DNA from: Ruditapes philippinarum
Lineage: Eukaryota
Assembly (NCBI RefSeq): GCF_026571515.1
Contig: NW_026863843.1
Coordinates: 372,001 to 436,000, forward strand
Direction of reading: 5' to 3'
DNA length: 64,000 nucleotides
In this document: piece after piece, positions 14,205-32,053 of the stretch
How the letters are laid out: each line of letters opens with the position of its first letter
Position numbering within the stretch: the stretch's first letter is position 1
Made by a program: the position numbers and the translations under genes
The notes under the pieces: generated by a model
Database searches by the model: none
The model's input: only the letters and a program-made list of their open reading frames with translations
Told to the model about the DNA's origin: nothing

Positions 14205-15028
14205 CACAGGCACGAGTATCGGACCTGGGAAGAAAAAATATGACCAGATTGATAAAAAAAACCTGTGTTCATCTTAAAAGTGTCAAAAAAACAAAAAAAA
14301 ATGTAATATTTCTAAATACATTAAATACACACGAGATTCGAGTTTCAAACATTTACACGGTCTTTCAATCGCTTTCTACGCCATGGGGCATCCTTGTGTG
14401 AAACGTTGCGGTTTTCGTTGCTATTGGCCAATCAGAAGACTATTTACAAAATATCGAACAGCTGATTGACAATGGCGTAGAAAGGAATGTAAAGACCGTG
14501 GAAAGGTTTGAAATTCGAATTTTGCGTGTATCAGATGCTACTGACGGTTGTGAGTGGTCCAACTTAATGTATTTAGTAATATTATTTAGTAAATTCAAGT
14601 GATTTTGACCCGTACTCAGCTGACATACATGTATTAGTCTATGTTTACGTACCGAATTGTTGTGCCGCAATTCTGTCTACCAAGGATTTTTAGCACGAAT
14701 TCGCTCGTTTCCTGATAGATATTTCATGAACGGGAAGGGCTAGAGACTTGGGGTTGGTCTCATTTTGAAGCTTAATATAAACGTGAAATAGTGATAAAAG
14801 TTTTTTTTAATTGTCTGGCCAATTGTTTTCACAACGGCCCGGGAAATGAATCCCTTGCTCGTAGGCTCGAATCTGGAGTTTCCGACCTTCTCTTAACTTA
14901 TAGTATAATTTTCAAAGGTGGTCGTTATTTACATTTTTTTTTCTTTTTGACACTTTTAAGATGAACACAGGTTTTTTTTATCAATCTGGTCATATTTTTT
15001 CTTCTCAGGTCCGATACTTGTGCCTGCG
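14205..15028. mobile_element. Non-autonomous TIR transposon (P- or hAT-like)
   Basis: ~105-bp TIRs (CACAGGCACGAGTATCGGACCTG.../...CAGGTCCGATACTTGTGCCTGCG) flanked by near-identical 8-mers ATGGTGAC and ACGGTGAC. Internal second inverted repeat at 14325-14531. Confidence 0.8.
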
Positions 15029-15869
15029 ACGGTGACCAGTGCAGACGGTATCGTCTGATCATGGTCTGCGCTGTTTGCTATTCACTCAGCACAAATTTTG
15101 TGTTTTTGTTACCTTTTTTCCAGGTAGAAAGATGGATAAGTTCATTTAAGATATGTTAATACTAAATTCCAATCTGGAATAACCCGCCAGACACAACTTG
15201 AATCAAACTCATACGCAGTGGTCCCCCTTTGCTTCGCTACGCAAACTTTTACGAAGTCAAATCACTGTGAGGAGTTTGACTTTATATATTAGCGAGGGTT
15301 TTGTCCCTTTTCAGTTGCCAATAACTAAAAACTTTTGTTTTGCTTGCGGATGTTAGTGTGGCGCACTAGTAACAATTATTGTCCCACTACAAATTCAGAG
15401 GTTGCTAGTTCGATCCTAAAAATATAAACATTTAATTCTTTTTGGAATGAAACTTAAAAAACTAGTTTCCGTTACAATACTGCACGTTAATTAACCGTCT
15501 TTTTCTCCTACAATTAAAAGTTTCTGTACCCGTTGCTTTATTCTCCGAAAAATAAAAATACTAACAGCTCTCTGGATTGAGTGGCACAAACGAGCTTCCG
15601 ATGGCGGCTATAAATGAACAAATATAACACACTATGTAGATGTTTGTTGTGTTTGAGGATGTTTTCATAATCTATGAATCTAAAAGTTCAGTTATTTATG
15701 AGAACGGTAAAAAAATCCAATCAAAACTATTTTAAATATAAAACCGGAAACTATAATGCAGTGTACTTCGTTCGTATCAAATACAAATTATATCAATATT
15801 TTTCTCAAAACTGCTAGTTACATCAGTCTGGATATAAGCTATGCGACGATCTGACAAGATTATCACCGA

Positions 15870-16630
15870 AAGTTAAATCTATCAAAGACAACGTGTAGCA
15901 CGGGCTAAATCTATCTATCACGTGTTTTGCCTATCAAGTGTTAATTTATAGGTTAATATTATCATGCGCAAAATCTATCGAGGTTATTTAAGTCTTTGAT
16001 CTAATTCACCAAGGTCTAAATATCTTGGGCTAAATCTATCAACGGTGAACCACGGATTGTCTTTTAAAGACTTAGTCATTAACCGGCTAAGTGTATCATG
16101 TTCTAAGTCTATGACAAACGAAAGCTATCAAGGGCTAACTAAATCTATCAGGGTATAAATCTATCATGGGCTAAGTCTATCACGGCCCAAATCTATCATG
16201 CTAAATTCTATCATAGGCTAAGTCTGTCATGGGGTTAGTCTATCACTAGCTAAGTAGGTCACAGGTGGAACCTATCACAGACCAAGTACCACTGACTCAA
16301 TCTATCATAGAATAAGTATATCGTATGCTTAATAAATCATCAGTCATGGGTTAAATCTGTCATGCACAGGCTAAGTCTATCAAAGGCTAAGTCTATCATT
16401 ACAATGTATAAATATATAATGAGTTAAATTTATCTGTCTAAAGATAAATCTACCATGTGCTTAGTATATCAAGGTCTAAATATATCATGGGTTTAATCTA
16501 TCAAAGTTAAAGTATATCATAGGCTAAATCTGTCATGGGCTTAGTCTGTCAAGATATTAATCTATCACAAACGAAGTCTGTCATTGGTTAAGTCTATCAA
16601 AGGCTAAGTCTTTAACAACTAGCTAAGTAT
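15870..16630. repeat. Degenerate minisatellite, ~17-19-bp unit (GGCTAA[G/A]TCTATCA...)
   Basis: Dozens of recurrences of CTAAGTCTATCA / CTAAATCTATCA. Confidence 0.85.
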
Positions 16631-17768
16631 ACGAAGTTTTTTTCATAGACATGGTGATCAAGTTTTTGACCCCAGATGCCTAGTGATCCAAGTTCAAACC
16701 CTTTCAAAATAATTATTACAAAACATTTTTACAAAGTTTGATGAAAATTCAATTAAATCCAAGAGCTCTAGTGTTAAGAATCAATTTTGGTGATAGCTCG
16801 TTACTGACAGGCAAGTCACCTTTCATGTGGGTCATTCTTAATTAACAGCACTGTGTGTGCTCAAAGTTACAAGTCCATGCTAAAGATGTGAATCATGGCC
16901 ATAAATGAATACAAGAAAGTATAAGCTAATAACTTCAGTGATTGTGGAGACAAAAACTTACATGAGAAACCTTATTCATGAATTTTGTAAATTCACAAAT
17001 TGTTTTATCAAATCAAACATCAATGTGATTATGTCCTTTAATGGCATGCATATTTTCATGCATAACCTGGGGCAACTTAATTACACCTTAAAATGTATGA
17101 TAGGGCTCAGGGTTCAAAGCCGGATCAGACTGCACATTTTTCAATTTACATACAACTACAAAATTTAAAAAAATTATGAAACTTTATTCAAAAACACATC
17201 TATTGCATTAACAATATAAAGTGTATATAAGGTAACCAAGAAATAAAAGTATCTAAAAATGAGATAAACTATGAAAACTCAAATAGCGATATATAAAAGT
17301 TACATTGGTAAAGTGTAAAAATAAATTTATATAAAACTTAATATATGTTTCATGTATGTACAATATAATTTCAAAGAAAAGAAAAAGCACAACAGTATTA
17401 TTTTTCCTGTATATATAACATGATTCAAAAACAAATATTGAAATTAGAATTTATGTTATGTTGATACTTGATATTTTAGACGATTTCTTCTTTTTGTATA
17501 TAAAAACAGAACAACATTGCATTAATAAATTAATATTAAGTGTGTGTATAAACAAGAAATTATAGGTGTATTGTAATACAAAAATTCAAAGTCATGTTAA
17601 ATTACTTCCTATTCAAAGCATGTACCTGCATGTTCATTCACACAATTCATATAATAACCCAATGTTTACAATTTATCATTAACATCTACAGTTTATTAAA
17701 ATAAATCCAGATTTTCATAAAATTGGTTCAGGAATTGTTCTCAAAATAGATTGCTACTAATTTGAAAA

Positions 17769-18536
17769 TTATTTAAGGGCTCCAGCAACCACTAGTTTTT
17801 TGCCTAGGTCTCCATTTGCATGCATTCTGGTAATTTCTTTTTCTCCTCCGACATATTTCCCATCCATAAAAAGTTGAGGAACCTGAAAATATCATTAAAG
17901 TTAAACATAAGATTAAGACATTAAACCACGGATTTATATTACATGTAATATAAATCCGTGATTAAACCTATTATTTATTCAACAAAACTACAATGTAGGT
18001 GCATAAATGTACATTGTATGCCCCCACCCACAAACAATGTGGACTATAAGTAAGAAAATAATAAGTAGCATAATCTTTAAAGTGTTTACAATTTTATTAT
18101 TTCATGTATTCACATGTACAGTAAGATTAAAGACAGTGTCATATAAAACATTATGATAGATCCTTTATTAGCTAGCATACATCGTTATTATCATTATGCA
18201 CTGTTGAATTTGAACCAATATCTTGACGAGTATTGAAAATTTCATCACGTTTAACAAAACTGCTTTTATGCCATGTTCTAATTACATTAAGTTCAATTAT
18301 GCAAAACCTACCTCTCGCCTGTCCGTTAAACACAAAATCTGGAAATAGTTTTCAATTTGATTGCAATCCTGTCTGGCTTCAATTTCTACGACTTCATAGT
18401 TTGGAAATTTCAGTCCATAACTGCCTAAGATTTCCTTTGCAGTTGTACATGCCGGGGAATATGTTTTTGAAAACAGAATAACTTTCCTTTGTAAAAGTTT
18501 CTTGTCAATAAACGGTTTTGCTCCAGCACCCGCCAT
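17769..18536 (-). CDS. Glutaredoxin-family protein, 112 aa, atypical SPAC active site; exons 18536-18312 and 17882-17769
   Basis: KVILFSKTYSPAC...EVVEIE...RRE|VPQLFMDGKYVGGEKEI...LVVAGALK*. Canonical GT-AG phase-0 intron. Grx fold motifs FSK, cis-Pro VP and GG are present. Confidence 0.88.
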
Positions 18537-19019
18537 TTTGGCGTCCTTAGAAATTCAATGTTTCTAAAAGCTTGATTTAAGCTTTCTGTATCGTTGTGTT
18601 AAATAACCAATCTTCTGTGTCACATAGATTTACATAGAAACTGGAATTATGTACTAATGAAGATTATAGCGTTGTCGTCTCGTAAATAAAAAAGCGTGTT
18701 GTGTGGCCATTACATGTCAAGCCAAGTAATATTTGTTTTATAAATTCGGGAATACAAACATATAGTAACACTTTCAAAGCCGACCTTTAAAATATAATAC
18801 ATGAAACCAAAATAAATATATCACATACAAAATAACATAACGACTGTTTACGTCCTAGCGAGGGGGTTGACAGTAAAGGAAGGAAGATAACTAGTATGTT
18901 TTGCAAATATAGATAATTATTAAGTTTATAGAAATACTTGTAGTTGTGCATAAAAGAGAACTACAAATCCTTGTTACAAGTACTTTTTAAAGACTAGAAT
19001 ATTATGTTTATTTACCTAT

Positions 19020-19170
19020 ACATGTATGTAGGTATGTGTGTGCGCGCGGGCGCGTGTGCGCGTGCGTGCGTGTATGCACATGTACATGTATATATGTATA
19101 CATGTGTGTGCGCGTATGCGTGTATGTGTGCATGTTTGCGTGCGCGCATGTGTGTATGTAGTGCGTGGGT
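19020..19170. repeat. Alternating purine-pyrimidine (TG/CG/TA) microsatellite
   Basis: GTGTGTGCGCGCGGGCGCGTGTGCGCGTGCGTGCGTGTATGCAC... Confidence 0.9.
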
Positions 19171-19282
19171 GGATGGATGCGTTTAAGTGCAATTCCAACA
19201 TGGTTAAGCCTAATATTAAGAGATGAATTTTGAGTGGAAAGTAGGTGACTGTAGGGTTGTCAATGAGCACCTAAACGTACAG

Positions 19283-19519
19283 TAGGCGCGGTTCTAGGAT
19301 ATAAAATATTTTAAGGGGGGGGGGGGGGTAATGGTTTGCCAGAGAGGAGAGGGGGCTAATGTGTCACTTTTGTTATTTTTTTGCATGATTGTCGGTGAAA
19401 CAACGTAAGTTGATAACCATTTCTTAGCAGTGTCCCAATACTAACCAAATCCCAGGAGGGTGAGGGTGGTGGGGGTCATGACCCCCTAACCACCAGTCCA
19501 TTTCCTGGATCCGCGCATG
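19283..19519. mobile_element. Short MITE with G-rich interior
   Basis: Imperfect TIRs AGGCGCGGTTCTAGGA / TCCTGGATCCGCGCAT and an internal G14 run. Confidence 0.55.
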
Positions 19520-21134
19520 CAGTAACCTGAATAACAATAATAAAGGAGGATGCACTGCTTAGGCTGTTGTTGTCAAGCAAAAAGGTACATACTGTGATGT
19601 ATTAGGATAATTCAAATAGTTTTTTAGATGAGTCTGGGCCACCTTGCCTATTTGCTTTATATATTTGATTTATACGTTTTATCACCTTTGAATATTATGA
19701 GCCTGTCTTTTCTCATCTCTTTACGAAGCGTCATAAAATTCCATTTAAACAATTACCATTTAGTTAAATGAAATCATTCAAATATATAAATCTTTGAACA
19801 GATTAAATATTTATATACAGTATATATAATTGTTCACCAATGCAAATCAATAACGGCTCTAAGGTACTAGTACTGGTTGGTTTTATTTGGGAATTATAAA
19901 AGAACAACAATTGTTGCTTAACTAGAAGCCTTTATTTAATGATGCCATCATTTATGTAATATAACACTAGTGAGACGCAAATGACAGAAAACAACAACAA
20001 TTTAAACAGCTCTTAAAGAGCGACGTAATAGCTTATATGGTTATCCGATTGCCCACTGTTTAACGAACTTAGACGCTCATTTCTGGGAAAAGTTCTCCAA
20101 AACATTGGACCATCAGTATCCCGACACAGGTGCTGTAATAGCTCGGGGCATTTTCTTAGGTGCCAGACATATGAATACTCTTGGATTAGATGATGGCATG
20201 TCCCCGTGCGATATAAACCTAACATTATAACTTTATCTGTATTGTACATCAGACATAAAAAATGGCCTTCTTTTTAGTTACATATGACAATATATGAGTT
20301 TCTATCTTCCTTATAGATATCTTTTATTTTGTTTCGATAAGACATCATAAAATTAAAAATAGAACAATTGATTAGCGTTTAATGTCAATCTAGTCAAAAG
20401 AATGAAAAATTAAATTCTATCAGAATATATTTATACCACACATTTATACATTGGCTATGCCATTTTGTTTTATGTAAGTACTCTTAAAATTTCTCCCTAA
20501 ATTTCGTTATTTAGATTAAGAACCATAAAGTCCTTGAAAATAGTAATGTATGGATCCTGCACTTCCTGTCAACCACTGCTACTAATTGAAACTATTGTTA
20601 ACCTGGTCATTCTGTTACAGGATGAATGCCTTAACCACATGTTTGATGTATATTGTAGTTACACCGGACGTTATTATAATATGTAAATATCTTAAAATAT
20701 GGTATTGAATGCATTTTTGTACATATGTCAACTATGTTAATTTAGAAATCATTGATAGTACTTATATCGTTTATAATAACATATCAAATACAAATGTACT
20801 GTATGTTATAAATATAAAGAGTATATCTAACTAACTTAATCGTTGACCTCTTTAGGCAGACGCGCGATGGACGCGACGTTTAAAAGCATGCCGGTTAAAT
20901 AAACCTATGGAAGGCAGTTTATGCAAAATAGACCGTCAGAAAATTTCAATATTTGGCATTTATGGAAGGAAAAGCAGGGCAATAACTTACTAGTTTTAAA
21001 ACAGATTATGAATGAAACGTGGCATGATGAGTGAATGACAAATTAATTTTAGATCGAAGTAAGGCGGAGTAGGCTTTAGGCATAAATACGTATTTTTGTT
21101 TTGTTTTTATGTTTGTTTGTTTTTTATTTTCAAC

Positions 21135-21310
21135 NNNNNNNNNNNNNNNNNNNNNNNNNNNNNNNNNNNNNNNNNNNNNNNNNNNNNNNNNNNNNNNNNN
21201 NNNNNNNNNNNNNNNNNNNNNNNNNNNNNNNNNNNNNNNNNNNNNNNNNNNNNNNNNNNNNNNNNNNNNNNNNNNNNNNNNNNNNNNNNNNNNNNNNNNN
21301 NNNNNNNNNA
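21135..21310. other. Assembly gap (176 N)
   Basis: Run of n characters. Confidence 1.
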
Positions 21311-21968
21311 AATATTTAAAATAAGAAACTTTACATGTAATCGTCGCATAAGTCATCTACTCATTTTCCTGTTCCCTACGTAAACAAGACCATTCGCAAG
21401 GACAAACAAAAAAATTATGTGGTTTCGTATGCGATGAAATTGTTGTTACTCCTAGCTAGCCGTTTATAAGAATGTGAAAATGCTTTTGAAGATATCTTAA
21501 AACTATGTCACATATGTTGAGGCCGCGCCGTTATCTCTAATACTCTTAAATTCTCCTAATATTTTCAGAACCTTCGTAAATTAAAATAAACACCGCGGTT
21601 CAATGTAGCCAAGCCGCTTTTGTGACATTAATTAGAACAATGTAATCAATGTTAATTGTGTTTATTAAATGACATGATAAATTTGTATTATATCATAATG
21701 TATGAGAAAAAACCCAAATAAATTAACAAACAAAAACAAAAAACCGAAACGTTTACGTCAATGAAAATTCTGTCTTCGCATGTCTGCCCGATCAGAATGG
21801 TAGCGTGAATTAGCCACCATACCCGATTTTTTAGCAATCAGTGATTTATTTTTCAGAGTTGTTTGTTAAACAAACAATGACTGGTACAAATAGCGCGCAA
21901 CGATAGTAACTAGGCACACAACTTCTGCTATCCGAGACCATAACGTTTCACAGAAAACAGTTGACAAA

Positions 21969-25752
<3,784 letters not shown>

Positions 25753-26199
25753 GTAAACAATAAGACATTAAAATTATTCAAACACTTAGAATAACTGTGT
25801 TTCTCTATTTAGCAATATTCATTTTTAGACCAATCACAAAATGTTTTTTGTTACACGCGTACAATTTAATCAGGAATAATGAACATTTATGAACACAATT
25901 TTAAATGTATTGTAAGATCAGCTTTAACAGAAACGATTTATATTATTTGAATAAATAAAAAACTGATGTTGTTATTCATCATTGTTCTTCCGTTATGAAG
26001 TCGATATTTTCTATGTTGTTATCTAAACTTATGTTATATCAGATCTGGTTATTCTAAAACTCGCCGACTCGTTAAGTCGGCAAATTTTAGAATTGCAAAT
26101 AAAATACTTAAAAAAAGGCTCTATAGAGAATGAGAGATGAATTCAATCAAATAAACTTTATATTAGACGCAGTAAGACAAAACTATGGAAAAATCAACT

Positions 26200-27120
26200 A
26201 TGATATAATTACATGTATATTGCCCTTTGTTCATTTTTTCACATTGATTTTTTCCCGGACATAGATCTGAAACAATAAGAGGTATCAACAAGAAACTTTG
26301 TAGGCACATAGATCTCATTAAATAGAAGTGCACTGCAGAAAAACCGTTACTCTGTCTTCCTTGATTTATTACCTTATTTCATTTTTATTCTTTGGACATT
26401 TTCCAGAACAATAGCTCTGAAAGTAAAAGAGATATGAACAAGACACTCAGTAGGTAGATAGATCTCATTGGGTTGATGTGCATTGCAAAAGAACCGTAAC
26501 TCTGCCTTGTATAATTTTGAAGTTACTGCCCTTTGTCCATGTTTACACTTTGTACAGGACATAACTCTGACACTATAAGAGATATTAACATAAAACTTTG
26601 TAGGTAAATAGTTCTATTGCGTAGATATGCAGTGCAAAATAACCGTAACTCTGCCTTGCCTATTTTCTGGAGTTATTGCCCTTTTCCAGTTTTACACTGT
26701 GCGCTGTGTCCGAAAGTACAAGAGGTATAACAGGCAGATAGATCTCATTGAGTAGAAGAGCAGGACAAATAACAGTAACTCTGCCTTGTCTAATTTTGGA
26801 ATTATCTCACTTTGAACTTTGTCCGGGACATAACTCTGAAACTACAAGAGGTGTACTTTTTGTGTCCAAAAGCTTAGATAGGTGAGCTTAGATAATTCTT
26901 ATAAAGAAGCTAGATTATGAGTCTTGTCAAACATTTTGTGGAAGATGATAACGAACAAATTTTTGAAGTCTGAAGTAAATCCCTTAAGAAGGTTTATAAA
27001 TGTAGTAAACTTCTAAGTCCAAAGGTATAAAATACTTCAAATCTGGAAACTGTAGATGTGAGTCTTGTGAACAAGATGTGATCGATATTAAAGAATATTA
27101 GAATTTGAAGTTAAAGGCCC
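26200..27120. repeat. Degenerate HINE-type tandem repeat remnant
   Basis: Recurring units GGACATAACTCTGA...AACTTTGTAGG...GATCTCATT...CCGTAACTCTGCCTTG. Confidence 0.6.
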
Positions 27121-27222
27121 ATTATACCTCAGAATGTGTTTTATTTACTTATTTCTCTTTTGTTGTCCTGCTAGTTTCAAAAAAATACTCATTCCCCAAT
27201 TACTTGAACCACCATCTGCATA

Positions 27223-27374
27223 TGAGCCGCGTCATGACAAAACCAACATAATGGGAAGTAGAGAAACTGATAGCGAACAGCATGGATACTTATCAAACTG
27301 CGCGGGTGCGCAGGCTGGTCTGGATCCATGCTGGTCGCAAACCCATTATGTTGGTTTTGTCATGACGCGGCTCA
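27223..27374. mobile_element. Internally deleted copy of the 2229-2467 MITE
   Basis: TGAGCCGCGTCATGACAAAACCAACATAATGGG...CCCATTATGTTGGTTTTGTCATGACGCGGCTCA flanked by TA on both sides. Confidence 0.85.
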
Positions 27375-28382
27375 TATGTTGCTTATTGTCAATGGGTACA
27401 GTTATAGAAATTTAGTATTTGGTATGGAAGTTAAAACACTACGTTGTTTACATTTTTCTACTTTTATTACAAATAGTTTTACATTCAGCGCTACTTAATT
27501 ATTTCAGGTTATAAGCATCATAACACTTTATGATTTCAACTTCTTTCACTAAAACTTTCAACATAACGAATTGAAGTAGAAATAATTCATGAACTTGAAT
27601 TGCTGATTATTTGAAAACTGAAATTCTTGGAGATTAAATCGTTATTTCGTTATAGTGCAATCATGAATTCATGAAGTTAATATGTGCCCACCGGTATTCC
27701 GTACTAACAGAATACTAGATATTATATATATTTCATCAAACCTAAACTGCGTGTATACCAAAATAGTACATGTATATGCAAATGGCAACTATCACTTATT
27801 TACACATACATTAATTTATTATCTTTATTTAGATTTGAAGGACATACTTGCGACAATTCAAACAATACCTGAACGTTTACGATTCGACAGATTTACAATC
27901 AATGTACATGTGAAATTACTTTCTTATGTTTTGTTATTTGTTTCTTATAGTTACCTACAAGGATTAGCCTACTAAAACTCATCTATATTCAAGGAACATC
28001 GTTAACCATCAGCAGGTTATTAAACTTGAAATCACATGCATAAAAGAGAAAACTCCATTTCGTTTTAGAAATATGTCTTTGATATCATGGCCATTTAAAA
28101 CCTTTATGGTTATATAAGTAGCCTAAATTATATATTTATAGACGCTGCTATAAAGCTCTTTGCTTTTTACATTATAGCTCGTGGCTACATTATGGCACAC
28201 AAGGAAAGACGTAAAAATATATAAAAACACTATTTAATCTCTTCTGATAGCTAAAAATGAATGACTATATAAGTAGATTTAACCTTTCATTTTATAAAAC
28301 CAATGATAGGCGTGATATTCAATAAATATAAAGAGTTCTACATCAACCTACACGTAATTATAATAAAACCAAACAAATACAA

Positions 28383-28614
28383 CGTTGGGTTTACGTCGCA
28401 CCAATACTGTAAAGGTCATATATCGACACTTCCTAGCTTTCATTAGTGGACCTGAGGTGCCCTTTCGTGATCTATTTCTATCATGTACGCACACCTGTGT
28501 AGAACCACCGACATTCCGTACGTTAGCTGGAAACCCCGCCGGGATACGAACTCACAGCGGTGAGGTGCAAGTGGTTTGAAGACAACGGCCTTAGCCACTC
28601 GATCACGGACGCCC
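28383..28614 (-). mobile_element. tRNA-derived SINE, family 1
   Basis: Homologous to 2505-2753 (TTTACGTCGCACCAA...AACCACCGAC...CGAACTCAC...CCTTAGCCACTCG). Confidence 0.75.
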
Positions 28615-30091
28615 ACTAAAACCTTATCACGACCAGGTAATACTTTTTTCTATAGCAAGTGGCAAAAAATAATGATGTTAGAATTTATGTTTTCAGATCT
28701 TGAACATAGGTACGCCATCACTTATTAATAATCTTTCAATGAAAGTTTCGCTAAAGCTATGGAGGTTTTCACGAAATCATAGCAATGTTTCATGAAAGTA
28801 AGATACATACGTATCTGGAAAACGTTGATACAAAGGTTGTTGAATACGAAAGGTTGCGCGTTGGTGCTTTAAACTAACGCGACACGTCCAAATGTTTTTC
28901 ACTAATCATTAACTATTCGAGAAAAATATCCATTTACGGGGAAATGCCCTGTCTGGATGATCTGTTATTTTCTGGAATCTTCCCTTTATAAAAAGTGGCA
29001 GTTTTAGGCATTAAATAGAAATACATTGTATTTCTTTTATGATCATTAACTACATGAACGTATTTACTTATTTTCTGATAAATTAATGTTAATTTCTCAA
29101 GGAAACACCAATATCTTTAAAGAAAGTTTTTGCGAAAAGTTGTCATTATGTACATGATGGCATTTTTGTGCTTCAGTCTGAATTTAATGGGTTTTTTTTC
29201 TTCGGCAACTCTTGCTAGAACGAGAAAAATGTCCAACTTGACAAATGTCGTATATTATAGGTGACATTACCTCGTATGTGTTCGTACATTTTTAATTATT
29301 CTAGTAGTTTTTTAAATGCTATGAATTGACATTGCGTCTTTGCACAACACATGGTTACATTTATATCCAGATATAATTTAGAGCTTGTATGTATGGTTCA
29401 ATTTCTATAGATTAACACCAATATAGACTGACCAGTCGAGTTGTTGTTGGTACAGTTGCTCCGAGAGAATACATGTACAAAGCAACAAGACCATTGTGTC
29501 ACTGTATAACACTGAGGGACAGACAGATAAGTCGATAGAGCTAAGGAACTGAATACAGATTGTCTCTGGCTCGAGTCCCGACCAGGTTGAAAACTTCTTC
29601 TACTCTACTACGACATATTTTTGACAGGTTATATGACCCACATTTAACTATAAACCAAACAGCTTGGCGAGCCTTATATAAGAGGCCGCTACCTTTAATG
29701 TGCATATCAGCTATGTCTGATGTTTGAGATTTAGCTGAACACATAAAATATGTGCAGGATGAAAATGTGCACTTGACAGAGTTACAGGATTATTTCGATA
29801 CTGTATCATGACCGTCCACCTTATATACATGTACCTCATTGTGCCTCAAAACTTAATGCTAAATTATTTCGTGTATATATAAAAAAAAATAATAAAAATT
29901 TCCCTTATTTTTATTTTATAGGTTTACTTAACAACATTTGAATAACAAAGTTTCAGAACATTCAAAATATAAATAAAGGAATAACAATTAATCAAAAGAT
30001 AAACAAATAAACGTTTAGAGATTTATCTAAAAGTGGATTTTACCGGTCATATTAACATAGTTTTGAACAATTTAAATGTCTTATTGTTTAC

Positions 30092-31958
<1,867 letters not shown>

Positions 31959-32047
31959 TTTGATAGTGTTGGTACAATTTCCCTTCTGATACAAAGACAA
32001 GAATAAGGAAAGAGCAGGTGTGAAGCGTTGCTAGCGACAAACGTTAA

Positions 32048-32053
32048 TTTATA
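32048..32053 (-). promoter_or_regulatory. Probable TATA box of alpha-tubulin copy 2
   Basis: Minus-strand CTATAAATTA ~90 bp upstream of the ATG exon. Confidence 0.55.

Noticed and set aside
15350-15420. tRNA-like sequence (TGGCGCACTAGT...AGTTCGATCC)
   Set aside because: A- and B-box remnants without a pairing acceptor stem or cloverleaf, so probably a decayed tRNA-derived repeat.
18450-18460. Possible selenocysteine in the glutaredoxin active site
   Set aside because: The codon is TCC (Ser), not TGA.
19004-19270. Cys/Val/His-rich ORFs
   Set aside because: Translations of a dinucleotide microsatellite.
21006-21383. ORFs spanning the N run
   Set aside because: Artefacts of the assembly gap.
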